DNA from: an uncultured Thiotrichaceae bacterium | Lineage (GTDB): Bacteria; Pseudomonadota; Gammaproteobacteria; SZUA-229 | Length of the DNA stretch: 58,720 bases | Direction: 5' to 3' | Assembly: GCA_964466455.1 (NCBI GenBank) | Contig: CAYXNL010000004.1 | Coordinates: 1-58,720, forward strand | Shown: piece by piece, positions 1-13,549 of the stretch | Position numbering within the stretch: the first letter of the stretch is position 1 | How the letters are laid out: the number at the start of each line of letters is the position of its first letter | The notes under the pieces: model-generated | Told to the model about the DNA's origin: nothing | Seen by the model: the letters and a program-made list of their open reading frames with translations, nothing else | Databases searched by the model: none | Made by a program: the position numbers and the translations under genes

Positions 1-51
1 GAAGGTGGTCGCACAGTGGGTGCCGGTGTGGTATCTAAAATTATTGAGTAA
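1..51 (+). CDS. tuf: Elongation factor Tu, 3' end only (first tuf copy, truncated by window)
   Basis: Translates [16 protein letters not shown], identical to the end of the tuf at 15710-16900; followed by tRNA-Trp-secE-nusG (tufB-type context). Confidence 0.97.
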   Translation, partial: EGGRTVGAGVVSKIIE

Positions 52-138
52 TTAATTCTCTGTTTTGAGCTGTGCGCTGAAAACAGATTACTCAGATGAG
101 TGTATAGTGAAGAATATTTATTCTTCGCTTTCACGGTT

Positions 139-214
139 AGGCCAGTGGCTCAATTGGTAGAGCAGCGGTCTCCAAAACCGCAGGTTGGGGGTTCGAGTCC
201 CTCCTGGCCTGCCA
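139..214 (+). tRNA. trpT: tRNA-Trp (CCA)
   Basis: 76 nt. Acceptor stem AGGCCAG/CTGGCCT, anticodon arm GCGGT-CTCCAAA-ACCGC, T-loop GTTCGAG, encoded 3' CCA; canonical position between tuf and secE. Confidence 0.97.
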
Positions 215-237
215 TTATTAAGGCAGGTGGAAAATAA

Positions 238-618
238 ATGGTCTCCAGGACCGAAGAAGTTGTTTCAAATAAGCTGGACACAGTCAAGTTAGTACTGGCT
301 ATCCTGGTTCTTGTGCTGGGTATTGTCGGTTTCTATAAGTATGAGGCTGAGTCACTTTTATACCGTGTATTAGGGATCGTTACTGCGGCAGGTATTGCTC
401 TTGCTATTGCTTATACAACAAATATAGGGCAGGCAGTGGCTGGTTTTGCGCATGAAGCGAGAATGGAGGTTCGGAAAGTAGTATGGCCGACGCGACAGGA
501 AACCATTCAAACCACAATGATGGTTATTGCTGCTGTCGTTATTATTGGTCTATTTCTCTGGATTGTTGATATGATTTTAGCCAATGCCATTCATCTGTTA
601 ACCGGAATGGGAGCATAA
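238..618 (+). CDS. secE: Preprotein translocase subunit SecE (3-TM form)
   Basis: EVRKVVWPTRQET motif, three hydrophobic segments, upstream of nusG. Confidence 0.97.
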   Translation: MVSRTEEVVSNKLDTVKLVLAILVLVLGIVGFYKYEAESLLYRVLGIVTAAGIALAIAYTTNIGQAVAGFAHEARMEVRKVVWPTRQETIQTTMMVIAAVVIIGLFLWIVDMILANAIHLLTGMGA

Positions 619-621
619 ATC

Positions 622-1155
622 ATGGCAAAACACTGGTACGTGGTGCATGCGTATTCAAATTTTGAGGCGAAGGTAAAGGCATCACTGGAAGAACATATTC
701 GTCTTGCCGAGATGGAGGATAGCTTTGGTCAGATCCTGATACCAACGGAAGAAGTAGTGGAAATCAGAGATGGTGCCAAGCGTCGCTCTGAGCGTAAATT
801 TTTTCCGGGTTATGTTCTGGTTGAAATGGAAATGACGGACGAGACCTGGCATCTGGTAAAAGATGTACCGAAAGTTATGGGTTTTATCGGTGGTACAAAA
901 GATCAGCCCGCACCTATTACAGATAAAGAGGCAATGGCGATTGTTAACGCTATTGCGGAAGGTGTTGAAAAACCCAAGCCTAAAGTTCTGTATCAACCGG
1001 GCGAAGTAGTTCGAGTTACAGACGGCCCCTTTAACGACTTTAATGGCGTGGTTGAGGAAGTGGATTATGAACGAAATCGGCTTAAGGTGGCTGTATTGAT
1101 TTTTGGTCGTTCAACACCGGTGGAGCTGGAATTTAGTCAGGTTGAAAAGGGTTAA
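622..1155 (+). CDS. nusG: Transcription termination/antitermination factor NusG
   Basis: [11 protein letters not shown] start, [13 protein letters not shown] domain and [12 protein letters not shown]. Confidence 0.99.
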   Translation: MAKHWYVVHAYSNFEAKVKASLEEHIRLAEMEDSFGQILIPTEEVVEIRDGAKRRSERKFFPGYVLVEMEMTDETWHLVKDVPKVMGFIGGTKDQPAPITDKEAMAIVNAIAEGVEKPKPKVLYQPGEVVRVTDGPFNDFNGVVEEVDYERNRLKVAVLIFGRSTPVELEFSQVEKG

Positions 1156-1228
1156 ACGAGTACCAGATTTTAAGTTTTTGAGTCTATAAAAATACGACTT
1201 AAAAGCTGTGGTTTTTTAAAATATAGAA

Positions 1229-1264
1229 TGGGGAGCCCGAAACTGAGTACGGCGTTTGCACCCG
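1229..1264 (+). promoter_or_regulatory. L1-binding translational operator of the rplK-rplA leader
   Basis: GGGGAGCC...GGCG...ACCC immediately before the rplK RBS resembles the E. coli L11-operon L1 target; not tested with a covariance model. Confidence 0.7.
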
Positions 1265-1274
1265 GGAGAGTAAG

Positions 1275-1709
1275 ATGGCGAAGAAAGTTGAAGCATATAT
1301 AAAATTGCAGGTACCTGCTGGTGCTGCAAATCCTAGTCCACCGGTTGGTCCTGCTCTGGGTCAGCACGGCGTGAATATTATGGAGTTCTGTAAGACGTTT
1401 AATGCTAAAACACAGGGCATTGAAAAAGATCTGCCGATCCCGGTTGTGATTACTGTTTATAGTGATAAAAGTTTTACCTTTATTACAAAAACACCACCGG
1501 CTTCAGTATTGTTGAGGAAGTCAGCCGGAATTGCCAAAGGTAGTGGTGAACCACATATCAATAAAGTGGGTAAAGTTAATCGTGCTCAGCTTGAAGATAT
1601 AGCAACGACTAAAATGCCTGATTTAACTGCAACAGATATGGATGCAGCCGTTCGCACGATTGCAGGTAGTGCGCGTAGTATGGGCATTGAAACAGAGGGT
1701 GTGAAATAA
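1275..1709 (+). CDS. rplK: 50S ribosomal protein L11
   Basis: [15 protein letters not shown] motif. Confidence 0.99.
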   Translation: MAKKVEAYIKLQVPAGAANPSPPVGPALGQHGVNIMEFCKTFNAKTQGIEKDLPIPVVITVYSDKSFTFITKTPPASVLLRKSAGIAKGSGEPHINKVGKVNRAQLEDIATTKMPDLTATDMDAAVRTIAGSARSMGIETEGVK

Positions 1710-2404
1710 TGGCTAAGCTATCGAAGCGTGTGAAAGTAATCAACGAAAAAGTGGACAGAGATAAAGTTTATCCACTTGAAGAAGCGCTTTCCTTACTGAA
1801 AGAATTGTCCACAGTTAAATTTAACGAATCTGTTGATGTTAGTGTGAACCTGGGTGTTGACCCAAAGAAAAGTGATCAGGTTGTACGTGGTGCGACAGTG
1901 CTTCCAAATGGAAGCGGAAAAGAAGTACGTGTTGCAGTATTTACCGATGGTGATAACGTAAAAGCAGCACAGGAGGCCGGCGCAGATATTGTCGGTATGG
2001 ATGATCTCGCTGCTGAAGTTAAAAAAGGAAATCTAAATTTTGATGTGGTTATTGCATCGCCTGATGCAATGCGTGTTGTTGGTCAGTTAGGTCAGATACT
2101 TGGACCGCGTGGTTTAATGCCTAATCCAAAAGTAGGCACGGTAACACCAAATGTAGCGCAGGCAGTCAAAAATGCGAAATCCGGACAGGTGCGCTACCGC
2201 GTTGATAAAGCCGGTATTGTGCATGCATCGGTTGGTACGGTTAAGTTTGATGTGTCACAGTTAAAAGAAAATATTGACAGTCTGCTTGCCGATTTAATTA
2301 AGGCAAAACCAACAGCTGCAAAAGGTATTTATCTTAAAAAGATTTCTGTTTCAACAACGATGGGACCCGGTCTGGCAGTGGATCAGTCTGTTTATGCCAG
2401 TTAG
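1709..2404 (+). CDS. rplA: 50S ribosomal protein L1
   Basis: [23 protein letters not shown] motifs. Confidence 0.99.
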   Translation: MAKLSKRVKVINEKVDRDKVYPLEEALSLLKELSTVKFNESVDVSVNLGVDPKKSDQVVRGATVLPNGSGKEVRVAVFTDGDNVKAAQEAGADIVGMDDLAAEVKKGNLNFDVVIASPDAMRVVGQLGQILGPRGLMPNPKVGTVTPNVAQAVKNAKSGQVRYRVDKAGIVHASVGTVKFDVSQLKENIDSLLADLIKAKPTAAKGIYLKKISVSTTMGPGLAVDQSVYAS

Positions 2405-2421
2405 TTGTTGAGATGATGTAT

Positions 2422-2456
2422 TTGTTACTGCCTGGCAATTTACCAGGTAGTAATAA
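2422..2456 (+). terminator. Stem-loop after rplA (possible terminator/attenuator)
   Basis: TTGTTACTGCCTGG ... CCAGGTAGTAATAA pairs over about 14 bp with G-U pairs; no clean U-tract. Confidence 0.45.
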
Positions 2457-2482
2457 TAAATTTGACAGCCGAGCGATCGGTG

Positions 2483-2560
2483 TCGTCAGAGACCGTAGGT
2501 GCAGAGGCGTTTATATTAAATGCCACTGCTTAATGTCCTACGTAGATGGTGAATCTCTCA
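2483..2560 (+). promoter_or_regulatory. rplJ (L10/L12) leader RNA
   Basis: AGACCGTAGGTG...CTTAAT..CCTACGTAGATGGTG resembles the proteobacterial L10(L12)4-binding leader upstream of rplJ. Confidence 0.8.
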
Positions 2561-2648
2561 GGAGAGCACCGTGAGGATCATATATGTTGTATGGTCTGTA
2601 ATATCCGGTCGGGGTTGTAATGCTCCCGGCTTTAACTGGAGAGCTAAA

Positions 2649-3179
2649 GTGGCACTATGTCTTGAAGACAAGAAATCAATTGTTGCTGAGGTTTCTACAA
2701 TTGCCGCCAGTGCGCTTTCAGCAGTTGCTGCTGAATATCGAGGGTTAAGCGTTGATGAAATGACTGATTTACGTGTTAAAGCGCGTAATGAAGGTGTTTA
2801 TCTACGTGTTATCAAAAACACACTGGTAAAACGTGCAGTTGAAGGTACTGAGTTTGAGTGTATGCGTGATTCACTTGTGGGACCGCTGATTATGGCGTTT
2901 TCACAGGATGATCCCGGTGCAGCCGCTCGACTCGTGAATAACTTTTCAAAAGACAACGACAGGCTTGTCGCGAAGGTAATTGCAATTGGTGGCGAAATAC
3001 TGCCTGTTGAACAACTTGACACTCTGTCAAAATTACCGAACCGTGACCAGGCTCTGGCTATGTTAATGTCGGTAATGAAAGCACCGATCGAAAAATTTGT
3101 TCGCACCCTCAACGAGCCACACGCGAAACTGGTTCGTACTGTGGCGGCTGTGCGTGATCAAAAACAGGCCAATGCTTAG
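2649..3179 (+). CDS. rplJ: 50S ribosomal protein L10
   Basis: GTG start giving MALCLEDKK (cf. E. coli MALNLQDKQ) after GGAG; VIKNTL motif. The ORF track start at 2571 is an over-extension. Confidence 0.97.
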   Translation: MALCLEDKKSIVAEVSTIAASALSAVAAEYRGLSVDEMTDLRVKARNEGVYLRVIKNTLVKRAVEGTEFECMRDSLVGPLIMAFSQDDPGAAARLVNNFSKDNDRLVAKVIAIGGEILPVEQLDTLSKLPNRDQALAMLMSVMKAPIEKFVRTLNEPHAKLVRTVAAVRDQKQANA

Positions 3180-3261
3180 GCGGGCTTGATGTTCAGGCGG
3201 ACACGTAGTAACCAATACTACTTTATAATTTTAACTATATATTTTAAATCTGGAGAAAGTC

Positions 3262-3639
3262 ATGGCTGTTTCTAAAGATGATATTCTGGAAACTATTTCC
3301 AATATGTCTGTAATGGAAGTTGTAGATCTAATATCTGCAATGGAAGAAAAATTTGGTGTATCAGCGGCGGTTGCCGTTGCTGCAGCACCAGCTGCTGGTG
3401 ATGGTGGTGGTGAAGCTGCTGTTGTTAAAGATGAGTTTGATGTGGTATTAACTGGCTTTGGTGGCAACAAGGTTTCTGTTATTAAAGCGGTACGTGCAAT
3501 AACAGGGCTAGGTCTGAAAGAAGCAAAAAGTGCAGTAGAAGATACACCAACAACAGTTAAAGAAGCTGCAACAAAAGACGAAGCTGAAGATATTAAAAAG
3601 CAGCTTGAAGAAGCTGGCGCATCTGTCGAGCTTAAATAG
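3262..3639 (+). CDS. rplL: 50S ribosomal protein L7/L12
   Basis: [28 protein letters not shown]. Confidence 0.99.
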   Translation: MAVSKDDILETISNMSVMEVVDLISAMEEKFGVSAAVAVAAAPAAGDGGGEAAVVKDEFDVVLTGFGGNKVSVIKAVRAITGLGLKEAKSAVEDTPTTVKEAATKDEAEDIKKQLEEAGASVELK

Positions 3640-3672
3640 GCACTGCGCTGATTATCGTAATCAGCAACAGCT

Positions 3673-3723
3673 AAGGCTGGTGATTCTGTTCGCAGTCGAT
3701 GTGAACAGAATTAACCGGCCTTT
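3673..3723 (+). terminator. rplL-rpoB intergenic attenuator-like hairpin
   Basis: AAGGCTGGT-GATTCTGTTC ... GAACAGAATT-AACCGGCCTTT long stem ending in TTT, in the position of the known rpoBC attenuator. Confidence 0.7.
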
Positions 3724-3816
3724 GCCCGTTTCCGTTACAAACTTCTGATGGAAACTGCTGATAGAAAAGTTATTTATTAAACGTCTAACAAGACAAAGTT
3801 CACACGAGGAATACTG

Positions 3817-6800
3817 ATGGCATATTCATTTACCGAGAAAAAACGACTACGCAAGGATTTCGGTAAACGTCCACCTGTGTTGGATGTTCCCTATCTACTG
3901 TCCATGCAAATAGATTCATTCCGTTCTTTTTTGCAATCAGATAAAGCTCAGCAGAACCGTGAAGAAGCAGGTTTGCAGGGTGCGTTTAAATCAGTATTCC
4001 CAATTGTCAGTTATTCTGGTCATGTGAAGCTGCAATTTGTTCAATATAATTTGGGAAAACCGACTTTTGATGTAAAAGAATGTCAGTTACGTGGGATGAC
4101 CTACGCTGCCCCTTTGCGCGTCATTTTGCGACTGGAGATTTTTGATAAGGATAGCAAGAAAAAAACCACACCGAAAGAAGTAAAGGAACAGGAAGTTTAT
4201 ATGGGTGAAATGCCATTGATGACCGATAATGGTACTTTTGTTATTAATGGCACAGAACGTGTAATCGTTTCCCAGTTGCATCGTTCCCCTGGTGTTTTAT
4301 TCGATCATGACAAGGGTAAAACCCATTCCTCTGGAAAGATATTATATTCAGCGCGTGTCATTCCTTACCGCGGTTCATGGCTTGATTTCGAATTTGATCC
4401 AAAAGACAGTCTGTTCGTGCGTATCGACCGTCGTCGTAAGTTGCCTGCATCTATACTGCTGCGTGCGCTGGGCTATAATAACGAAGAGATTCTCGATATT
4501 TTCTTTGCTAGCGTTGAATATACATTTACCAAAAATGGTCTGAGTTTTGAGCTTTCTCCCGAGCGCCTGCGTGGGGAAACAGCCGGCTTTGATATTAAGG
4601 TTGGAAAAGACGTTATTATCGAATCAGGTCGTCGTATAACCATGCGACATATAAAACAACTGGAAAAGAAAAAAGTTACTACATTAAATGCGCCACTGGA
4701 TTACCTTGTCGGCAAGATTCTGGCACACGATCTGATCGATACAGAAACCGGTGAGGTCATGGTGCCGAGTAATACCGAATTCACTGAAGAATTGATTACC
4801 TTTGTACAGGAAAAAGGTATTAAAAGTGTACGTGTTATTTATACCAATGATCTGGATACAGGCCCATTCATTTCCAATACCTTGAATGTAGATAGCACAA
4901 CGACACAACTGGAAGCACAAATTGAAATCTATCGTATGATGCGCCCGGGGGAACCCCCAACAAAAGACGCGTCTGAAAATCTGTTTAATAACCTGTTTTT
5001 TTCTGAAGATCGTTATGATCTTTCTACCGTTGGACGGATGAAATTTAATCGTCGTTTACAACGTGATTCATCAGAAGGCCCCGGAATACTTTATGACTAC
5101 AAGCATTTTAATAAGAAGAAAGATGAAAAATCAAAGCAGCTAGTTGAAAATAATGCGGAGTCATCGGATATCCTGTCGGTGATGCTGGAGTTGATTAACA
5201 TCCGTAATGGTAAAGGTACGGTAGATGATATTGATCACCTCGGTAATCGTCGTATTCGATCTGTTGGTGAAATGGCTGAAAATGTTTTTCGTGTTGGTCT
5301 GGTGCGTGTTGAACGTGCCGTGAAGGAGCGTTTGACGACAGCTGAACAAGATGGTTTGATGCCGCAGGAATTAATCAATGCAAAACCGGTAGCTGCTGCG
5401 GTGAAAGAATTTTTTGGCTCCAGCCAGTTATCTCAGTTTATGGATCAGAATAACCCCCTGTCTGAGGTAACGCATAAACGTCGGATTTCTGCACTTGGAC
5501 CGGGCGGCCTTACCCGTGAACGTGCCGGTTTTGAAGTACGGGATGTACACCCGACACATTACGGTCGTGTCTGCCCGATTGAAACACCTGAAGGCCCGAA
5601 TATTGGTTTGATTAACTCACTGTCGGTCTATGCCTGCACTAATGAATATGGCTTCCTTGAAACGCCTTATCGCAAGGTTATTGATGGTGTGGCAACCAGT
5701 GAGATCGAATACCTGTCGGCAATTGAAGAAAGTAATTTTATTATTGCCCAGGCGAACGCTACCATGAATGACAATGGTAAATTGCTTGACGAACTGGTTT
5801 CCTGTCGCCACATGAATGAGTTCTCACTGGCCTCGCCGGGCGATGTGCAATATATGGATGTATCACCAAAACAGATTGTCTCGGTAGCCGCGTCCTTAAT
5901 TCCCTTTCTTGAACATAATGATGCGAATCGTGCGTTGATGGGGTCGAACATGCAACGCCAGGCGGTGCCGACCCTGCGTGCTGACAAACCACTGGTTGGT
6001 ACCGGTATGGAACGCGCGGTTGCGCATGATTCCGGTGCATCAGTGATAGCAAAACGTGGTGGAGTAATTGATTCGGTTGATGCTGCACGTATTGTTATTC
6101 GTGCACACAATGATGAGGCGGCTGACGGTGCAACTGGCGTTGATATCTATAATCTCACTAAATATACCCGTTCTAACCAGAATACCTGTATTAACCAGCG
6201 TCCGCTAGTACGAGTGGGTGATGTGGTACAACGGGGTGATATTATTGCTGATGGGCCTTCTACTGATATGGGAGAGCTGGCGCTGGGGCAGAATATGCTG
6301 ATTGCCTATATGACATGGAATGGCTATAACTTTGAAGATTCCATTATCATTTCTGAACGAGTGGTTGAAGAAGACCGTTATACGACTATCCATATTCAGG
6401 AACTGAGTAGTGTAGCGCGTGATACCAAGCTGGGCTCTGAGGAAATTACTGCCGACATACCAAATGTTAGTGAAGGTCTGTTGTCAAAACTGGACGAATC
6501 CGGCGTGGTTTATGTTGGCGCTGAAGTGAAACCGGGTGACATCCTGGTTGGTAAGGTAACACCGAAAGGTGAGACACAACTGACAGCGGAAGAAAAGCTG
6601 TTACGTGCCATTTTTGGTGAAAAAGCCTCTGATGTTAAAGATTCATCATTGCGTGTGCCAGCAAGTACTTTTGGTACCGTTATTGGGGTACAGGTGTTTA
6701 CCCGCGATGGCGTAGAAAAAGATAAACGGGCCATGGAAATCGAAGAACAGGAAATCGCATCAGTGAAGAAGGACGTGGATGCACAATGGCATATTATTGA

Positions 6801-7965
6801 AGAGGATATGTATGCTCGGATGAAATCTATTTTTGTTGATAGTCAGGCCTCTGGTGGGCCGGATGGGCTTAAGGCCGGTGACAAAATAAAAGAGTCATAT
6901 CTTGATGCGCTTGACAACTCGTCCTGGTCACAGATTCGCCTTAAAGATGAAGAAGCAAATGCCAAGATCGAAGAGTTAACCAAACAGCACAAGGAACAGC
7001 GTAAGCTGCTGGATGCCTACTTCGATGAGAAAAGGGCTAAATTAACAGCAGGTGATGATCTCGCTCCTGGCGTGTTAAAAATGGTAAAAGTGTATCTTGC
7101 GGTTAAACGTCGTATGCAGCCAGGTGACAAGATGGCGGGACGCCATGGTAACAAGGGTGTGGTATCAATCATTGTGCCGGTTGAAGATATGCCGCATACC
7201 GAAGATGGAACACCAATTGATATTATTCTTAACCCACTGGGGGTGCCATCACGCATGAATGTGGGGCAGGTTCTTGAAACCCACCTTGGTCTGGCCGCAA
7301 AAGGGCTGGGTGATGTGATCGCCAAAATGCTGGATGACAATGCGCCGGTTGCGGATATTCGTGGGTTCCTTGAAAAAATTTATAACTATAAGATTCATAA
7401 AGTTGATCTGGATTCTTTCAGTGATGAGGAAATTCTGCATCTGGCCGGTAATCTGCGCAAAGGTGTGCCGATGGCAACACCAGTGTTTGACGGTGCAAAT
7501 GAAGAGGAAATTCATTATATGCTCAAGCTGGCCGGGTTGCCGGTAAGCGGGCAGACTACTTTGTATGATGGGTGTACTGGTGATGCATTTGACTGCCCGA
7601 TTACGATTGGCTACAAGTACATGCTGAAACTCAATCACCTGATTGATGACAAAATGCATGCACGTTCAACCGGTCCGTATAGTCTGGTTACCCAGCAGCC
7701 ATTGGGTGGTAAGGCACAGTTCGGTGGTCAGCGCTTTGGTGAGATGGAAGTCTGGGCCCTGGAAGCCTATGGGGCGGCCTACACCTTGCAGGAGATGCTT
7801 ACCGTGAAGTCAGATGATGTGGCCGGTCGTAACAAGATGTATAAAAATATTGTTGATGGTAATCATCACATGGAACCGGGTATGCCGGAATCCTTTAATG
7901 TGTTACTCAAAGAAATTCGTGCGCTGGGTATCAATATTGAACTTGAGCAGGAGAATGAATCCTGA
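3817..7965 (+). CDS. rpoB: RNA polymerase beta subunit
   Basis: [52 protein letters not shown]. Confidence 0.99.
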   Translation: MAYSFTEKKRLRKDFGKRPPVLDVPYLLSMQIDSFRSFLQSDKAQQNREEAGLQGAFKSVFPIVSYSGHVKLQFVQYNLGKPTFDVKECQLRGMTYAAPLRVILRLEIFDKDSKKKTTPKEVKEQEVYMGEMPLMTDNGTFVINGTERVIVSQLHRSPGVLFDHDKGKTHSSGKILYSARVIPYRGSWLDFEFDPKDSLFVRIDRRRKLPASILLRALGYNNEEILDIFFASVEYTFTKNGLSFELSPERLRGETAGFDIKVGKDVIIESGRRITMRHIKQLEKKKVTTLNAPLDYLVGKILAHDLIDTETGEVMVPSNTEFTEELITFVQEKGIKSVRVIYTNDLDTGPFISNTLNVDSTTTQLEAQIEIYRMMRPGEPPTKDASENLFNNLFFSEDRYDLSTVGRMKFNRRLQRDSSEGPGILYDYKHFNKKKDEKSKQLVENNAESSDILSVMLELINIRNGKGTVDDIDHLGNRRIRSVGEMAENVFRVGLVRVERAVKERLTTAEQDGLMPQELINAKPVAAAVKEFFGSSQLSQFMDQNNPLSEVTHKRRISALGPGGLTRERAGFEVRDVHPTHYGRVCPIETPEGPNIGLINSLSVYACTNEYGFLETPYRKVIDGVATSEIEYLSAIEESNFIIAQANATMNDNGKLLDELVSCRHMNEFSLASPGDVQYMDVSPKQIVSVAASLIPFLEHNDANRALMGSNMQRQAVPTLRADKPLVGTGMERAVAHDSGASVIAKRGGVIDSVDAARIVIRAHNDEAADGATGVDIYNLTKYTRSNQNTCINQRPLVRVGDVVQRGDIIADGPSTDMGELALGQNMLIAYMTWNGYNFEDSIIISERVVEEDRYTTIHIQELSSVARDTKLGSEEITADIPNVSEGLLSKLDESGVVYVGAEVKPGDILVGKVTPKGETQLTAEEKLLRAIFGEKASDVKDSSLRVPASTFGTVIGVQVFTRDGVEKDKRAMEIEEQEIASVKKDVDAQWHIIEEDMYARMKSIFVDSQASGGPDGLKAGDKIKESYLDALDNSSWSQIRLKDEEANAKIEELTKQHKEQRKLLDAYFDEKRAKLTAGDDLAPGVLKMVKVYLAVKRRMQPGDKMAGRHGNKGVVSIIVPVEDMPHTEDGTPIDIILNPLGVPSRMNVGQVLETHLGLAAKGLGDVIAKMLDDNAPVADIRGFLEKIYNYKIHKVDLDSFSDEEILHLAGNLRKGVPMATPVFDGANEEEIHYMLKLAGLPVSGQTTLYDGCTGDAFDCPITIGYKYMLKLNHLIDDKMHARSTGPYSLVTQQPLGGKAQFGGQRFGEMEVWALEAYGAAYTLQEMLTVKSDDVAGRNKMYKNIVDGNHHMEPGMPESFNVLLKEIRALGINIELEQENES

Positions 7966-8040
7966 CGCAGGATTCGGCAAACACGTAGCGACTGATTACA
8001 TAACTATCAGATTACATACTATTAGACAGGATTAAGGGCA

Positions 8041-11000
8041 ATGAAAGATTTACTTAAGCTCATCAAACAACAGGGTCAAAATGAAGATTTTGACGCGATT
8101 AAAATCAGTCTTGCATCGCCACAACAGGTGCTGTCATGGTCATTTGGTGAGGTAAAAAAACCTGAAACCATTAACTATCGTACCTTTAAACCGGAACGTG
8201 ACGGGCTTTTCTGTGCCAAAATTTTTGGCCCGGTAAAGGACTATGAGTGTTTATGTGGTAAATACAAACGGCTGAAGCATCGCGGTGTCGTGTGTGAAAA
8301 ATGTGGTGTTGAAGTTACCCAGTCTAAAGTACGCCGTGAACGAATGGGGCACATTGACCTGGCTAGTCCGGTTGCCCATATCTGGTATCTGAAGTCCCTG
8401 CCATCACGCATTGGTCTGCTGCTTGATATGACCCTGCGTGAAATTGAACGAATTTTATATTTTGAAGCCTTCGTTGTGATCGAGCCGGGTCTGACGACAC
8501 TGGAAAAAGGCCAGTTACTAACTGATGAAACCTATCTCGAAGCGATTGAAGAGCATGGGGATGAATTTGATGCACGGATGGGCGCAGAAGCAGTTCATGA
8601 AATGCTGAAAGCGCTGATACTGGAGGAGGAGGCCATTAAAATTCGTGAGGATATGGGGGCAACCAAGTCGGAGACCAAACTTAAACGCCTGGCCAAACGC
8701 CTGAAACTGGTTGAGTCATTTATTGCTTCCGGTAACCGTCCGGAATGGATGATTATGACCGTACTACCAGTTTTGCCACCTGATTTGCGCCCACTGGTAC
8801 CTCTCGATGGCGGTCGTTTTGCCACCTCTGATCTGAATGATTTATATCGTCGTGTGATTAATCGTAACAATCGCCTCAAGCGCCTGCTTGAGCTGTATGC
8901 ACCGGATATCATTGTACGTAATGAAAAACGTATGTTACAGGAATCAGTGGATGCATTGATGGATAACGGTCGTCGCGGACGTGCTATTACCGGTACTAAT
9001 AAGCGCCCGTTAAAATCCCTCGCGGATATGATTAAAGGCAAGCAAGGTCGCTTCCGTCAGAATCTGTTAGGTAAGCGTGTTGATTATTCCGGGCGTTCTG
9101 TCATTGTGGTTGGACCAACGCTTAAGTTGCATCAGTGCGGGCTGCCGAAAAAAATGTCACTGGAGCTGTTCAAGCCTTTTATCTTTAACAAATTGCTCCG
9201 CCGCGGACTGGCAACCACTATCAAAGCGGCAAAGAAAATGGTGGAAAAAGAAGGCCCGGAAGTCTGGGATATTCTTGAGGAAGTTATCCGCGAACACCCG
9301 GTTATGCTTAACCGTGCGCCTACTCTACACCGTCTGGGTATTCAGGCTTTTGAACCAATGCTGATTGAAGGCAAGGCCATTCAATTACATCCGTTAGTCT
9401 GTACCGCTTTCAATGCCGATTTTGACGGCGACCAGATGGCGGTACATATACCCCTGTCGATTGAAGCACAACTGGAAGCACGTACCCTGATGCTGGCAAC
9501 GAATAATATTCTATCACCGGCATCCGGTGAACCTATTATCGTCCCTTCACAGGATATCGTACTGGGTTTGTACTATATGACGCGTGAATCAATTAATGTT
9601 AAAGGTGAAGGTATGGTCTTTGCCGACATTGATGAAGTGTACTGTGCCTTTAATAATGATCAGGCGCATCTACAGGCTAAAGTTAAAGTACGTATTTGTG
9701 AACGGCTCTTCAATGATGACGGTGAACTGGAAGAGTGTTATAAAATTGTTGATACTACAGTTGGGCGTGCCATTCTGTCTGAAATACTGCCCGCTGGACT
9801 GCCCTATGAACTGGTGAATCAGAATCTGGATAAAAAAGCCATTTCTAATCTAATTAATTCCTGTTACCGCCAGGTAGGTTTGAAAGAAACCGTTATTTTT
9901 GCTGATCAATTGATGTACACCGGGTTTCGTTATTCAACCCGTGCCGGTATATCTATTTGTATCAGCGATATGGTTATTCCTGATGAGAAGGTACCGTTGT
10001 TATCAGCCGCCGAGGCAGAAGTGAAAGAGATTCAGAATCAGTATACCTCCGGTCTGCTTACCAACGGTGAACGTTATAACAAGGTGGTTGATATCTGGTC
10101 CCATGCAAATGAAGCGGTTGCCAAAGCAATGATGGACAAACTCAGCGTGGTTGAAGTGGAAGATGCTGAAGGAAATATTGTGAAGCAACCATCGTTTAAT
10201 AATATTTTTGTTATGGCAGATTCCGGTGCAAGGGGTTCGGCCGCTCAGATCAGGCAGCTTGCTGGTATGCGTGGTCTGATGGCCAAACCGGATGGTTCTA
10301 TTATCGAAACACCAATTACCGCCAATTTCCGTGAGGGACTGAACGTATTGCAGTATTTTATTTCTACTCACGGTGCCCGCAAAGGTCTGGCAGATACCGC
10401 ATTGAAAACTGCAAACTCCGGTTACCTGACACGTCGTCTGGTAGATGTTGCACAGGACATGGTTATTTTGAAGGAAGATTGTGCTACTGAAAAGGGAATG
10501 TTAATGCAGTCCATGATTGAAGGTGGTGATGTCATTATGCCACTGAGTGAACTGGTACTCGGTCGTGTGGTAGCAAGAGACGTACTAAATACCGATGATG
10601 AAGTGCTGATTCCACGTGACACACTACTCGATGAGCAGTGGGTTGAGCAGCTTGATGAGCTGGGTATTGATGAGATTTTTGTACGCTCGGTCATTACCTG
10701 TGAGAACCTGCATGGTGTCTGTTCCATGTGTTATGGCCGCGATCTGGCGCGGGGACATCGGGTTAATCACGGGGAGGCAGTAGGGGTTATCGCCGCACAG
10801 TCCATTGGTGAGCCGGGAACACAACTTACCATGCGTACCTTCCATATCGGTGGTGCTGCCAGCCGGTCTGCAGCAGCTAATAGTATCAGTGTGAAGACTA
10901 CCGGAATGATAAATCTGCATAATATTAAAGTGGTTAGACAAAATGCCGGTGGACTGGTTGCCGTATCACGATCCGGTGAGCTTGGCATCGTGGATGAGCA

Positions 11001-12306
11001 GGGGCGTGAACGTGAACTGTATAAAATTCCATACGGTGCTGTTATTTCTGTGGAAGAAGGTGGCGAGATTACCGCCGGTCAGGTGGTTGCTACCTGGGAT
11101 CCTCACACCCATCCGATTATTACCGAGGTGGAAGGCCACGTTAAATTTACTGATTTTGCTGAAGGCATCAGTGTGCAGAAAGAAACGGATGAAATTACCG
11201 GACTGTCTTCCATTGTGGTGATTGATCCCAAGCAACGAGCAACAGCCGGTAAGGATATGCGGCCATTGATTACGCTGGTCGATGATACCGGGGCAGAATT
11301 ATGTATTGCTGGTTCTGATCAGCCTGCACGCTACTTCCTGCCAACGGGTGCCATTATTAATATTGAGGATGGAGGCAGTGTCTCCATTGGTGATGTACTG
11401 GCGCGTATTCCTCAGGCATCCAGTAAAACCCGTGATATTACCGGTGGTTTGCCTCGTGTGGCCGACCTGTTTGAAGCACGTAAACCCAAAGAACCGGCCA
11501 TTATGGCGGAAGCATCCGGTATTATCAGTTTCGGCAAGGAAACTAAAGGTAAACAACGACTGGTGATTACCAACGATGAAAATGAAGCAATCGAGTCACT
11601 GATTCCTAAATGGCGGCACATTAATGTGTTTGAAGGTGAACGTGTTGAGCAGGGTGAAGTGATTGCTGACGGTGAACGCAGTGCGCACGATATCCTGCGA
11701 TTGCTTGGTGCAGAGGCCCTGGCAGAATATCTGGTTAACGAGATTCAGGATGTTTACCGGCTTCAGGGTGTGAAAATTAATGATAAGCACATTGAAGTGA
11801 TTATTCGACAGATGTTGCGTAAATGTGAAATTATCGAAGGGGGCGATTCAGTTTACCTCAAAGGTGAGATTGTTGAGCGGGTTCGCGTCATTGAAGAATG
11901 TGAAAAATTACAGGCGCAGGGTAAAGAACCGGTGATATTTGAACCGATACTGCTGGGGATCACCAAAGGTTCACTGGTGACAGAGTCCTTTATCTCAGCG
12001 GCGTCCTTCCAGGAAACAACCCGTGTCTTAACGGAGGCATCGGTTCGCGGTAGCAGTGACCCACTTCATGGTCTGAAGGAAAATGTTATTGTGGGGCGTC
12101 TGATCCCAGCGGGTACAGGCCTTGCTTACCATGAAGAACGTCAGCGCCGTCGCACAGCAGATATAGATGATGCCTTTATTTCTGAAGAGGAAGCTAAAGC
12201 AATCGTGAACGACAATATCGCGGCCGAGGTGGAAGAAGAGCTTGCTGTGCAGATTGCTGAAGGCAGCGATGCGCAACAGGGTGAACAAACCGAGCAGGAT
12301 GCCTGA
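8041..12306 (+). CDS. rpoC: RNA polymerase beta' subunit
   Basis: [12 protein letters not shown] catalytic motif, N-terminal Zn ribbon, acidic C-terminal tail. Confidence 0.99.
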   Translation: MKDLLKLIKQQGQNEDFDAIKISLASPQQVLSWSFGEVKKPETINYRTFKPERDGLFCAKIFGPVKDYECLCGKYKRLKHRGVVCEKCGVEVTQSKVRRERMGHIDLASPVAHIWYLKSLPSRIGLLLDMTLREIERILYFEAFVVIEPGLTTLEKGQLLTDETYLEAIEEHGDEFDARMGAEAVHEMLKALILEEEAIKIREDMGATKSETKLKRLAKRLKLVESFIASGNRPEWMIMTVLPVLPPDLRPLVPLDGGRFATSDLNDLYRRVINRNNRLKRLLELYAPDIIVRNEKRMLQESVDALMDNGRRGRAITGTNKRPLKSLADMIKGKQGRFRQNLLGKRVDYSGRSVIVVGPTLKLHQCGLPKKMSLELFKPFIFNKLLRRGLATTIKAAKKMVEKEGPEVWDILEEVIREHPVMLNRAPTLHRLGIQAFEPMLIEGKAIQLHPLVCTAFNADFDGDQMAVHIPLSIEAQLEARTLMLATNNILSPASGEPIIVPSQDIVLGLYYMTRESINVKGEGMVFADIDEVYCAFNNDQAHLQAKVKVRICERLFNDDGELEECYKIVDTTVGRAILSEILPAGLPYELVNQNLDKKAISNLINSCYRQVGLKETVIFADQLMYTGFRYSTRAGISICISDMVIPDEKVPLLSAAEAEVKEIQNQYTSGLLTNGERYNKVVDIWSHANEAVAKAMMDKLSVVEVEDAEGNIVKQPSFNNIFVMADSGARGSAAQIRQLAGMRGLMAKPDGSIIETPITANFREGLNVLQYFISTHGARKGLADTALKTANSGYLTRRLVDVAQDMVILKEDCATEKGMLMQSMIEGGDVIMPLSELVLGRVVARDVLNTDDEVLIPRDTLLDEQWVEQLDELGIDEIFVRSVITCENLHGVCSMCYGRDLARGHRVNHGEAVGVIAAQSIGEPGTQLTMRTFHIGGAASRSAAANSISVKTTGMINLHNIKVVRQNAGGLVAVSRSGELGIVDEQGRERELYKIPYGAVISVEEGGEITAGQVVATWDPHTHPIITEVEGHVKFTDFAEGISVQKETDEITGLSSIVVIDPKQRATAGKDMRPLITLVDDTGAELCIAGSDQPARYFLPTGAIINIEDGGSVSIGDVLARIPQASSKTRDITGGLPRVADLFEARKPKEPAIMAEASGIISFGKETKGKQRLVITNDENEAIESLIPKWRHINVFEGERVEQGEVIADGERSAHDILRLLGAEALAEYLVNEIQDVYRLQGVKINDKHIEVIIRQMLRKCEIIEGGDSVYLKGEIVERVRVIEECEKLQAQGKEPVIFEPILLGITKGSLVTESFISAASFQETTRVLTEASVRGSSDPLHGLKENVIVGRLIPAGTGLAYHEERQRRRTADIDDAFISEEEAKAIVNDNIAAEVEEELAVQIAEGSDAQQGEQTEQDA

Positions 12307-12417
12307 CATTAGTGAGACCGATGATCCTTCTACTTGCTGAGGAAGGTAAGGAGTTGAGGAATGGATCTGAACGTGTTGTGAAACAATAAAACTGCGTGAT
12401 TTTCATGCTCCATCTGC

Positions 12418-12446
12418 TTGACAGTTTCGGGTAGTGGGCATAGAAT
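12418..12446 (+). promoter_or_regulatory. Sigma70 promoter of the str operon
   Basis: TTGACA-17 bp-TAGAAT followed by GC-rich TGCGCC, about 120 bp upstream of rpsL. Confidence 0.85.
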
Positions 12447-12567
12447 TGCGCCTCTTTTGACAGGCTTCAGGGTAGTACCTGGGCCTGTCGTTTATTTTTG
12501 CCTGCGGGATTATCGTAAAAAAACAACCGCGGCTACCGCTTTTACGGGCGGGACTGGAGTGATTTAG

Positions 12568-12942
12568 ATGACAACGATTAATCAATTGGTACGTAAGCCA
12601 CGTCAAAGTAAAGTGGTGAAAAGCAACGTACCAGCGCTTGAGGCTTCACCGCAAAAGCGTGGAGTGTGTACCCGTGTTTATACGACGACACCAAAAAAAC
12701 CAAACTCTGCAATGCGTAAAGTTGCACGTGTTCGGTTAACAAACAGTTATGAAGTAACCAGTTATATTGGTGGTGAGGGGCATAACCTTCAGGAGCACTC
12801 TGTTGTATTGATACGCGGTGGCAGGGTGAAGGATTTACCGGGTGTGCGTTATCACATTGTACGCGGTAGTCTGGATACCCAGGGTGTTGATTCACGTCGT
12901 CAGGGTCGTTCCAAATATGGTACTAAGCGTCCTAAGGGGTAG
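12568..12942 (+). CDS. rpsL: 30S ribosomal protein S12
   Basis: [20 protein letters not shown]. Confidence 0.99.
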   Translation: MTTINQLVRKPRQSKVVKSNVPALEASPQKRGVCTRVYTTTPKKPNSAMRKVARVRLTNSYEVTSYIGGEGHNLQEHSVVLIRGGRVKDLPGVRYHIVRGSLDTQGVDSRRQGRSKYGTKRPKG

Positions 12943-13020
12943 TACGTGGAGCTTTGTAATACATCTGCTGATCTACGGAAACAAACAGAAAGCCTGTCAC
13001 GGACACCAAAGTGGTTGTGA

Positions 13021-13515
<495 letters not shown>

Positions 13516-13549
13516 AGTGGCGGCTTAATAAAATATTACAGGAAAAGTT

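Noticed and set aside
2462-2490. Perfect TTGACA upstream of the rplJ leader
   Set aside because: No -10-like hexamer at 16-18 bp spacing.
2571-2648. N-terminal extension of L10 in the ORF track
   Set aside because: Homology and the RBS place the start at GTG 2649; the extension is leader sequence.
5401-5510. Drug-resistance alleles in the RpoB rifampicin region (also S12 K43/K88 and the ParC QRDR)
   Set aside because: All read as wild-type motifs.
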